Shown here: piece by piece, positions 56,885 to 64,000 of the stretch | Layout of the letters: each line of letters starts with the position of its first letter | How positions within the stretch are numbered: position 1 is the stretch's first letter | Virus record (IMG/VR): IMGVR_UViG_3300027804_000047 | Coordinates: 32,001 to 96,000 of that record | Length of the DNA: 64,000 bases | Strand: one strand, 5' to 3' | From: a virus | Notes under the pieces: model-generated | The model's database searches: none | Seen by the model: only the letters and a program-made list of their open reading frames with translations | What the model was told of the DNA's origin: nothing | Program-made: the position numbers and the translations under genes

Positions 56885-57887
56885 TCTTGAAGATGTATTA
56901 GCACAACTAAATCCTAAATTAAGGAAGAGCATTCTTGTTGGAGACGAAGTTCCTAAGACAGAATATGCCACAACACCAAGTTTTGGATTAAACCGTGCAT
57001 TAAATGGTGGGCTACCATATGGAAGACAGGTTCTTGTTTGGGGTAGCAAGTCAAGTGCAAAATCATCCTTATGTCTTCAAACAATTGCATTAGCACAAAA
57101 AGAAGGAAAGATCTGTGCATGGATAGATGCAGAAATGTCATACGACAAAGAGTGGGCAGAAAAGTTAGGTGTAGATACTTCAAAATTAATTGTTTCGCAG
57201 GCAAGAACTATTAATGAAATGGTAGATGTTGGAGTAAATCTAATTGAGGCTGGAGTTGACATAATTGTTGTTGACTCGATTACCTCTTTGCTTCCAGCAA
57301 TTTATTTTGAAAAAGATTCATCAGAGTTAAAGCAGTTAGAAAATACAAAACAAATTGGTGCAGAGTCTCGTGACTTTAGTAATGCTTGGAAGATGCTTAA
57401 CTATGCAAACAATAAGGTTAAGCCAACATTATTAATTCTTATTTCTCAATCCAGAAATAATATTAATGCAATGTACACAAGTCAGCAACCAACTGGTGGT
57501 CAGGCTACTAAATTTTATTCATCAACTGTAGTAAAACTGTTTTCGTCTGAATCAGATAATCAGGCACTGAAAGGAAAAATATATGTTGGCGACAAGGCTA
57601 TTGAAGAAAAGATTGGTAGAAAGATTAGATGGGAACTCCAGTTTTCCAAAACTTCTCCTGCTTTTCAGTCTGGTGAGTATGATTTCTATTTTAGAGGCGA
57701 TAACCTGGGCATTGATGGGGTCGCTGATCTTGTTGACACTGCTGAACTTGTGGGCATAGTTGAAAGAACTGGCGCATGGTATTTACTTCCAGATGGTTCA
57801 AAAGTCCAAGGTAGAGAAGCATTTGTTAATCGTGTAAGAGAGGATCTTGATCTACAAGATATGATTAAGAATAAAATCAGTGGATAA
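56874..57887 (+). CDS. recA: RecA-like recombinase
   Basis: LNRALNGGLPYGR, Walker A variant GSKSSAKS, WIDAE, IVVDSI, PTGGQATKFYSS, GAWY. Confidence 0.9.
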   Translation: MSVSLEDVLAQLNPKLRKSILVGDEVPKTEYATTPSFGLNRALNGGLPYGRQVLVWGSKSSAKSSLCLQTIALAQKEGKICAWIDAEMSYDKEWAEKLGVDTSKLIVSQARTINEMVDVGVNLIEAGVDIIVVDSITSLLPAIYFEKDSSELKQLENTKQIGAESRDFSNAWKMLNYANNKVKPTLLILISQSRNNINAMYTSQQPTGGQATKFYSSTVVKLFSSESDNQALKGKIYVGDKAIEEKIGRKIRWELQFSKTSPAFQSGEYDFYFRGDNLGIDGVADLVDTAELVGIVERTGAWYLLPDGSKVQGREAFVNRVREDLDLQDMIKNKISG

Positions 57888-58056
57888 GTATACTATTTAT
57901 GAGGGAAAATTTCCTTGTAGAACCTGTAAAAAAGAAGTAAAAACTATTAGGATGTACCCATCAACTGGAATGGCTTCCTGGATGTGCTCAGACAAACATT
58001 TGTCAGAAGTACAATTATATAAGGTTGGATACAAGAAAGTTAAAAGGAATGACTGA
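57880..58056 (+). CDS. Small zinc-binding protein (58 aa), absent from the ORF track
   Basis: GTG start; CRTC...WMCSDKH; fills the gap between recA and the next gene with overlaps at both ends. Confidence 0.6.
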   Translation: MDKYTIYEGKFPCRTCKKEVKTIRMYPSTGMASWMCSDKHLSEVQLYKVGYKKVKRND

Positions 58057-58339
58057 AAAAAACGAAAGCAAAAGACTGGGTGCTAAGCAGCATAAAAATT
58101 CTGGTAGAAATACTAAGAAGGGCGATGCTACTTGGGAAAACTTTACTGTAGATTTTAAGGAAAACTCAAAATCTTTTACGCTCAATCAAGACGTATGGGC
58201 TAAAGCAACAACAGATGCAATACGAAATGGCAATGATCCAGCCATCGTTGTGGTACTTGGCGAGGGATCTAAAAAGGTAAGGCTTGCTATAATAGAGTTA
58301 GAACTACTAGAACAGATGGTGAATAATGGAACAGAATAA
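58049..58339 (+). CDS. PD-(D/E)xK nuclease, Holliday-junction-resolvase-like
   Basis: E...NSGR..KKGDA...VDFKE motif. Confidence 0.65.
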   Translation: MTEKNESKRLGAKQHKNSGRNTKKGDATWENFTVDFKENSKSFTLNQDVWAKATTDAIRNGNDPAIVVVLGEGSKKVRLAIIELELLEQMVNNGTE

Positions 58340-58631
58340 TACAACGCTTGAGATGGTAAACGGTTTGTCAGAAATTGCAGACTACATGGAAGATGAAGAG
58401 TTAACAACAGCACTTACATTTATTGCCAAAATAATTATTAAGCCAGATATACCTATGAACGTTGCTACATTAGAGATAGTAAGATTGCAAGCAATTGCTG
58501 CTAAGATGGCTTTTAAGGCTACATGGATGGCCAATGTGGACAAATCAGATCGTGGTAAAAAGAATATTTATTATACCGCAGCAGAATCTATAAACAATTT
58601 AGTATCTGCTCTTAAATATATAACTCGATGA
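58326..58631 (+). CDS. Conserved hypothetical helical protein
   Basis: Coupled ORF, 101 aa. Confidence 0.65.
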   Translation: MEQNNTTLEMVNGLSEIADYMEDEELTTALTFIAKIIIKPDIPMNVATLEIVRLQAIAAKMAFKATWMANVDKSDRGKKNIYYTAAESINNLVSALKYITR

Positions 58632-58664
58632 GATCTGATATAATTATATAAACAAAGGATAAAA

Positions 58665-59528
58665 ATGGCTAAAAATTTACTAAAAGAAATAATGATAAAG
58701 GGTCCTGATAAAAATAAAACATCAGGAACTACAGAAGATACAAGTTTTATTGACGGTCTAATAGAAAAAATAGAATCTGGCTATATGGTAAAAACCAAAC
58801 CAAGATTTACTAAAAAAAGTAATTTTTCTGCATCTGGATTAACTTATGGTGCAGGTGAATGTCCTAGATATTGGTATCTTGCATTTGATGGACAGGTGCA
58901 TTATGATAACTCAGATGCCTATGGTGTTGCTAATAGAACAAATGGAACTTTAGGACACGAAAGAATTCAAGAGGCTATAGAGGCTTCTGGTTTACTTGAC
59001 TCCACTATGGAGATAGATCCGTTACCAAGAAAATATAATAAACAGACTCACCCAGCAATGGAATTTAGAGTTAAAACAGAAGATCCACCATTTGATGGTT
59101 ATGCAGATGTTATGCTTAACATCAATGACGAAAGAGTAATTGGTGAAATTAAAACTATAACTAATGAAGGATTTGAGTATAAAAAGAATAGTAGAAAGCC
59201 TAAGATGGGTCATCTTATGCAACTACTAATGTATATGAAGGTTTGGAAAATTGGCAAGGGTGTAATGATTTATGAAAATAAAAATAATCATGAGTTGCTA
59301 ACTTTACCAGTAGTAGTAAACGATCATTACCGTCGGTGGGTAGACCAGGCATTTGATTGGATGAGAACAGTTCATAAGAGTTGGATAGATAGAGAGTTGC
59401 CACAAAAACCTTATCGATCTAATTCTAAAATATGTAAAACCTGTCCAATTCAAAAAGCATGCGCTGAAGCAGAGACAGGGGTAGTTAAAATTAAACCTCT
59501 GGAGTTGCTGGAAAATGAAAAACTGTAG
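58665..59528 (+). CDS. Cas4/RecB-like exonuclease
   Basis: CPRYW...GTLGHE...GYAD...GEIKT...QLLMY...CKTCPIQKAC (four Fe-S Cys plus PD-(D/E)xK). Confidence 0.85.
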   Translation: MAKNLLKEIMIKGPDKNKTSGTTEDTSFIDGLIEKIESGYMVKTKPRFTKKSNFSASGLTYGAGECPRYWYLAFDGQVHYDNSDAYGVANRTNGTLGHERIQEAIEASGLLDSTMEIDPLPRKYNKQTHPAMEFRVKTEDPPFDGYADVMLNINDERVIGEIKTITNEGFEYKKNSRKPKMGHLMQLLMYMKVWKIGKGVMIYENKNNHELLTLPVVVNDHYRRWVDQAFDWMRTVHKSWIDRELPQKPYRSNSKICKTCPIQKACAEAETGVVKIKPLELLENEKL

Positions 59529-59805
59529 ATGGTGTGATAAAGACTTCAATACTAAAATTTCATATCAGATATATTGTTCTGAAGAATGTAGAGATAACGC
59601 TACAAAAGAAAAAATAGCAGAAAGATATATTTTAAATAGAAGACAAAAGCGAAAAGGAAAAAATCGCATTTGTAAGATGTGTAAAGAAAAATTATCTATT
59701 TATAATGATGAGCCATTATGCATAAAGTGCAACATAAATCCAAACGATGTTAAAAAAGCATTAAAAGAAATAAAAGGACTATCAAATGATAAAAGAAAGC
59801 AATAG
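59515..59805 (+). CDS. Cys-rich zinc-finger protein
   Basis: CRWC...YCSEEC...CKMC...CIKC. Confidence 0.7.
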   Translation: MKNCRWCDKDFNTKISYQIYCSEECRDNATKEKIAERYILNRRQKRKGKNRICKMCKEKLSIYNDEPLCIKCNINPNDVKKALKEIKGLSNDKRKQ

Positions 59806-60352
59806 GCCAGAAAGAATTTGTGCTATAGATGCAAGCACTAACAGTCTTGCCTATGCTACCTTTCATAATGGATATTTAAAAGAAATGGGTAAAATTAATT
59901 TTGAGGGCAGTGACGTATATCAAAAAGTAATTGATGCTGGTAAAAAATCAAAGGCTTTATTTCATCATCTTGTTAATGTTGATGCAATAGTTATTGAGCA
60001 TACAGTATTTATGAATTCCCCTAAAACAGCAGCAGATTTAGCATTAGTACAGGGAGCAATACTTAGTGGTGCAGGAATATCAGGAATAAAGAAAATAGGT
60101 AAAGTTTCTCCTATAACTTGGCAAAGTTATTTAGGAAATAAAAAATTAACAAAAGAAGAACAAATGCAGATAAGAATATCTAATCCAAACAAGTCCGCTT
60201 CTTGGTATAAGTCATATGAAAGAGATTTTAGAAAACAAAGAACTATTAAATTATTGGATATTATTTATGATAAAAAAATAACAGATAATGATGTTGCAGA
60301 TGCCTGTGGAATAGGACATTGGGCAATAAATAATTGGGAAAGGGCTATATGA
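59786..60352 (+). CDS. RuvC-like resolvase
   Basis: ICAIDAS, IVIEH, DNDVADACGI: RNase H-fold acidic residues. Confidence 0.75.
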   Translation: MIKESNRPERICAIDASTNSLAYATFHNGYLKEMGKINFEGSDVYQKVIDAGKKSKALFHHLVNVDAIVIEHTVFMNSPKTAADLALVQGAILSGAGISGIKKIGKVSPITWQSYLGNKKLTKEEQMQIRISNPNKSASWYKSYERDFRKQRTIKLLDIIYDKKITDNDVADACGIGHWAINNWERAI

Positions 60353-60582
60353 ATAATTGGGATTTACAAAATTCTCTAATGTTAGAGCACCTTATTTTGC
60401 AGGGTGCAGTAGAAATGTCTGGAATTGACAGCGATACTGGGGAAATGATATACTCTATTACAGAGAAACTTGAATCAGTTCATCCAAAACTGTATGCCTC
60501 AATGAAAAAAGATTTTGAAGAGCATATGTTTAAGTTAATTGATCAGGGTCCTAAAATAATGCAATGGAGGTTAAATTCATGA
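60349..60582 (+). CDS. Hypothetical protein
   Basis: LILQGAVEMSGID..TGEMIYSIT; ATGA-coupled on both sides. Confidence 0.55.
   Translation: MNNWDLQNSLMLEHLILQGAVEMSGIDSDTGEMIYSITEKLESVHPKLYASMKKDFEEHMFKLIDQGPKIMQWRLNS
60425..60454 (+). promoter_or_regulatory. Internal sigma70-type promoter (possible)
   Basis: TTGACA-18 bp-TATACT with TG extension, inside the coding sequence and upstream of the terminase block. Confidence 0.45.
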
Positions 60583-60728
60583 AGTTTTATACTAACGAGT
60601 TTTGGCTTCGTAAAAGATATACAGTTGATAAAAAATCTCCAAAAGAAATAGCAGAAGAATGTGGTGTTTCAATAGAAACAATTTATGTATATCTTGCTAA
60701 ATTTGGATTAAGGAAATCAAAGCGATGA
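60579..60728 (+). CDS. Small HTH protein (49 aa), absent from the ORF track
   Basis: WLRKRY...KSPKEIAEECGVSIETIYVYLAKFGL; ggagg RBS; ATGA overlaps at both ends. Confidence 0.75.
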   Translation: MKFYTNEFWLRKRYTVDKKSPKEIAEECGVSIETIYVYLAKFGLRKSKR

Positions 60729-61060
60729 GACCAGAACCAGTATACTCTGATGTTAAAAAATTTACTTGTCAAGATTTGTATCTGCATTCTACGGGTGCCC
60801 CGTCTGGCATACAAATTTTAGATACATGCCATAACATTGCAAAAATGTTGATAGATAAAAATATTGCTTATGGAGATTCTGCACTTAGCCCTGTAAGAAT
60901 TTTTAGCAAATCAGATCCTAGAGAGCAGTTACATGTTCGTATTGATGATAAGTTAAGCAGGCTTATGAAAGGATCTGAGTATCCAGGAGACAACGATATA
61001 GATGATTTGATTGGCTACCTTGTACTTTTAAAAATCGCAAAGGAAAAAAATGTCAACTGA
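60725..61060 (+). CDS. Nucleotide-modification-associated (DUF1599/Nmad1-like) protein
   Basis: KNIAYGDS...RIDDKLSR...DDLIGYLVL helical dNTPase-like motif set. Confidence 0.65.
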   Translation: MRPEPVYSDVKKFTCQDLYLHSTGAPSGIQILDTCHNIAKMLIDKNIAYGDSALSPVRIFSKSDPREQLHVRIDDKLSRLMKGSEYPGDNDIDDLIGYLVLLKIAKEKNVN

Positions 61061-61583
61061 AGAAGATTTAGTCAAACATCTTGATGAAATTAACACCGTA
61101 GTTGGAGAATATCTAAAGGGTAATGATGCAACTAAAATTTCTAAAGATCTTGCTATTCCAAGAACTCGTGTAGTTCAACATATCAATGAGTGGAAGGTTA
61201 TGGCATCTGCTAATGATGCTATTCGTGCTCGTGCAAAAGAAGCACTTGCTGTTGCAGACACTCATTACAATAAACTAATTTCAAAATCTTATGAAGTTAT
61301 TGATGAGGCTACATTAACAAATAACCTTGGAGCAAAAACCCAGGCAATAAAACTTGTCATGGATATTGAATCTAAGAGAATTGATATGTTGCAGAAAGCA
61401 GGTCTACTAGAAAATAAAGAACTTGCAGAAGAAATGCTACAAATTGAAAAGAAACAAGAAGTACTTATGGCAATTCTTAGAGATATAGCATCTGAGCATC
61501 CAGAAATTCGTGATGAGATTATGCGTAGACTTTCTGATATTGCTAAGAAGGATGAAGTGATTACAATTGTCCATGAAGTTTGA
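61050..61583 (+). CDS. Terminase small subunit (putative)
   Basis: N-terminal HTH (ATKISKDLAIPRTRV) plus helical body; directly upstream of the large subunit. Confidence 0.6.
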   Translation: MSTEEDLVKHLDEINTVVGEYLKGNDATKISKDLAIPRTRVVQHINEWKVMASANDAIRARAKEALAVADTHYNKLISKSYEVIDEATLTNNLGAKTQAIKLVMDIESKRIDMLQKAGLLENKELAEEMLQIEKKQEVLMAILRDIASEHPEIRDEIMRRLSDIAKKDEVITIVHEV

Positions 61584-63351
61584 TGATTTTCTTGAGGCTC
61601 TTGCCGATAACCATTTTGAAGAAAATCCAGTAGATGCTAAAACATTTGTTGAGTCCCCAGACTATTTAGGGCAACCTGCTTTATCAGATATTCAATACGA
61701 CATTGTTGAAGCAATGAGCCAGATCTACAGAAAAGAAGACCTTCAAATAATAATGGGAGAGGAAGAAGGTGCAAAATACTATGAAAAATACACAAAAAAT
61801 GAAATCATTTTACAACTTGGCAAGGGTAGCGGTAAAGACTTCACCTCTACTGTGGCTTGTGCTTATATTGTATACAAACTACTTTGTCTTAAGGACCCTG
61901 CGAAATACTTCGGAAAGCCATCTGGAGACGCTATAGACTTAATCAACGTGGCTATCAATGCTCAACAGGCAAAGAATGTTTTCTTCAAAGGCTTTAAGTC
62001 AAAGATTGAAAGATCGCCATGGTTTGCTGGTAAATATGAGGCAAAGGTTGATTCTATAAGTTTTGATAAATCTGTTACTGTTTATTCTGGTCACTCTGAG
62101 CGTGAATCTCATGAGGGTTTAAACCTTTTACTTGCAGTGCTCGACGAGATTTCAGGTTTTGCATCTGAAGTGGCAACAGGTAATGAACAGGGAAAAACTG
62201 CTGATAATATCTATAAGGCATTCCGTGGATCAGTAGATTCTCGCTTCCCAGACTTAGGCAAGGTAGTTCTTCTTTCATTCCCAAGATACAACGGAGATTT
62301 TATTTCTGAGCGGTATGAAGCAGTAATCGCTGATAAAGAAGTAGTAACTAAGACACATAGATTTATTATCAATCCATTACTTCCAGAAGATGACAAGGAT
62401 AATTGGTTTGATATTGCTTGGGATGAAGACCACATTAAATCTTATAAGTATCCTGGAGTTTTTGCTATTAAAAGACCTACATGGGAAGTAAACCCAACAA
62501 GAAAGGTTGATGATTTTAAGATTGCATTTATGACAGACCTTGGAGATGCAATGATGCGTTTTGCTTGTGTTCCTACATATGCATCAGATGCTTTTTTTAA
62601 ACAAGCAGACAAAGTAAGAAACTGTATGAGTATTAGAAATCCTCTTGATACTTTTAGAAGATTTGAAGAAAACTTCAAGCCAGATCCAGAAAAAGTTTAT
62701 TATGTTCATGCTGACCTTGCACAAAAACATGACAAATGTGCTGTTGCAATTGCACACGTTGAGAAGTGGGTCAATGTGCAGGTGATTAAAGACTATGAGC
62801 AGATATCTCCTGTAGTAGTTGTAGATGCAGTAGCATGGTGGGAACCAAAGGTTGAAGGACCAGTAAATCTATCTGAGGTAAAACAGTGGATCCAAAACCT
62901 ACGCAGACTTGGATTTAATATTGGATTAGTTACATTTGACCGTTGGCAATCGTTTGATATTCAAAATGAATTACAGGCTGTAGGTATGAGAACGGAAACA
63001 GTTTCAGTAGCAAAGAAACACTATGAGGATATGGCAATGCTTGTATATGAAGAGCGCTTGGCTATGCCTGCTATAGAACTTTTGTTTGAAGAATTAACAG
63101 AACTTAAGATTATGAAAAATGATAAGGTAGACCACCCACGTAAAAAATCTAAAGACTTGGCAGATGCTGTGTGTGGTTCTATTTTTGGTGCTATTTCCCA
63201 CACACCCAGAGACCAAAACCTTGAAGTTGAGATTCACACATTTAAGGATAAACCCCGTAGAGTTGACACGCTCCCTGAGAACGTGATACAATATAAACCT
63301 AGTCAAATAGAAGAAATAAATGACTATTTGGATAGACTAAAAACAATATAA
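61573..63351 (+). CDS. terL: Terminase large subunit
   Basis: Walker A GKGSGKD, Walker B AVLDE, nuclease HADLA...TFDRW...DHPRKKSKDLADA. Start may be 61567 or 61573. Confidence 0.9.
   Translation: MKFDDFLEALADNHFEENPVDAKTFVESPDYLGQPALSDIQYDIVEAMSQIYRKEDLQIIMGEEEGAKYYEKYTKNEIILQLGKGSGKDFTSTVACAYIVYKLLCLKDPAKYFGKPSGDAIDLINVAINAQQAKNVFFKGFKSKIERSPWFAGKYEAKVDSISFDKSVTVYSGHSERESHEGLNLLLAVLDEISGFASEVATGNEQGKTADNIYKAFRGSVDSRFPDLGKVVLLSFPRYNGDFISERYEAVIADKEVVTKTHRFIINPLLPEDDKDNWFDIAWDEDHIKSYKYPGVFAIKRPTWEVNPTRKVDDFKIAFMTDLGDAMMRFACVPTYASDAFFKQADKVRNCMSIRNPLDTFRRFEENFKPDPEKVYYVHADLAQKHDKCAVAIAHVEKWVNVQVIKDYEQISPVVVVDAVAWWEPKVEGPVNLSEVKQWIQNLRRLGFNIGLVTFDRWQSFDIQNELQAVGMRTETVSVAKKHYEDMAMLVYEERLAMPAIELLFEELTELKIMKNDKVDHPRKKSKDLADAVCGSIFGAISHTPRDQNLEVEIHTFKDKPRRVDTLPENVIQYKPSQIEEINDYLDRLKTI
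63263..63292 (+). promoter_or_regulatory. Sigma70-type promoter within the terL 3' end
   Basis: TTGACA-18 bp-TACAAT with TG extension, upstream of the secreted-protein gene. Confidence 0.6.
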
Positions 63352-63376
63352 ATAAAATGAATATACAAGGAGAAAA

Positions 63377-64000
63377 ATGAATTCATTAAAGAAAATCGCT
63401 CTAGCCGTGGTTGCAGCCATGACTACCGCAACAATCGTGGCTTCGCCTGCAAGCGCAGCCGTAATGACAGTCGCTGTATCACTTGACGGAACTGCTAATA
63501 CAACAGCATCCGCAATTGCTACACCTGCTGCATTGCCAGTACCAGCAGACAACACAGTTGACGCTGCTGACGCACTCAAGTTTGTTGCAACAGTTGACAC
63601 AGGAACATCGGTAACTGTATCAACAACAAATGCAACAATTGTTTCTGCATTGCATACATCTGCTGCACCAGTATCTGCGTCATCAGGATCTTCATCTTTG
63701 ACAATTGCAACTGGAACAGGAACAACTGCAACATTTTGGGTTTATACAAAGACAACAGCAATTGGTACTGTAACAATTACCAATCAGGGAACAACCCTAA
63801 CATATTATGTACAAGGAACTGCAGGAAAGATTAATACTCTTGCACTTTCATCTGCTGATGCTGGAACAACCTCAAGCGTTGTAACTGCAACAGTAACAGC
63901 AACAGACGTATTTGGTAACAAGGTATCAGGTAAGGGTCTAACAGCACTTGTTGTTGGTGGAACTCTTGATACAACTACTGCTACAACTGGCGCTACTTTG
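63377..64000 (+). CDS. Secreted Thr/Ala-rich beta (Ig-like) surface protein, 3'-truncated; absent from the ORF track
   Basis: aaggag RBS; MNSLKKIALAVVAAMTTATIVASPASA signal peptide with A-x-A site; ...VTATDVFGNKVSG Ig-like motif; frame open to the window end. Confidence 0.8.
   Translation, partial: MNSLKKIALAVVAAMTTATIVASPASAAVMTVAVSLDGTANTTASAIATPAALPVPADNTVDAADALKFVATVDTGTSVTVSTTNATIVSALHTSAAPVSASSGSSSLTIATGTGTTATFWVYTKTTAIGTVTITNQGTTLTYYVQGTAGKINTLALSSADAGTTSSVVTATVTATDVFGNKVSGKGLTALVVGGTLDTTTATTGATL

Noticed and set aside
53603-57887. Inteins or introns in dnaE and recA (also checked nrdJ, dnaB, terL)
   Set aside because: Lengths and motif spacing look uninterrupted; no C/S...HN-C/S/T insertions were seen.
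58665-59528. Cas4-like gene as evidence of a CRISPR-Cas system
   Set aside because: No repeat-spacer array or other cas genes are visible; standalone Cas4-like nucleases are common in phage recombination modules.
1-64000. tRNA/rRNA genes, integrase or transposase, and stop-codon reassignment
   Set aside because: Intergenic gaps are short and none showed a cloverleaf by eye; no recombinase or transposase motifs were seen; genes are full length in the standard code with all three stops used. A tRNA or covariance scan was not run.

Overview
This window is a 64-kb segment of an AT-rich, large tailed dsDNA phage (siphovirus-like: major tail protein, tail chaperones and a 3207-aa tape measure, with no sheath). 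The host is most likely an actinobacterium, possibly a freshwater one; this is inferred from gene content, the 3Fe-4S ferredoxin and many leaderless-type promoters. Nearly all genes are on the + strand. Gene order: two 2OG-Fe(II) oxygenases; a divergent lysozyme-like gene; fibre/virion genes (1.6-7.3 kb); an accessory cluster (7.3-14.1 kb); class II ribonucleotide reductase; head, neck and tail module (16-46.7 kb); replication/recombination module (DnaB, primase, SSB, DnaE, RecA, Cas4-like, RuvC-like) with inserted halogenase and other accessory genes; terminase; and a truncated secreted protein. The best candidate for an undescribed system is 7336-14115. There, a PASTA-like / (F-x-H-Y-x-G)n repeat / atypical Hint-domain protein sits directly after the tail fibre and is followed by a run of putative tailoring enzymes (oxygenase-like proteins, ferredoxin, glycosyltransferase, sugar epimerase), suggesting a phage-encoded repeat-peptide modification and display system. 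Other highlights are a HipA/PI3K-like kinase domain inside the tape measure, tail chaperones G and GT encoded by duplicated genes rather than a frameshift, and three phased DnaA boxes in front of the head operon. All family assignments come from reading motifs by eye; no searches were run.
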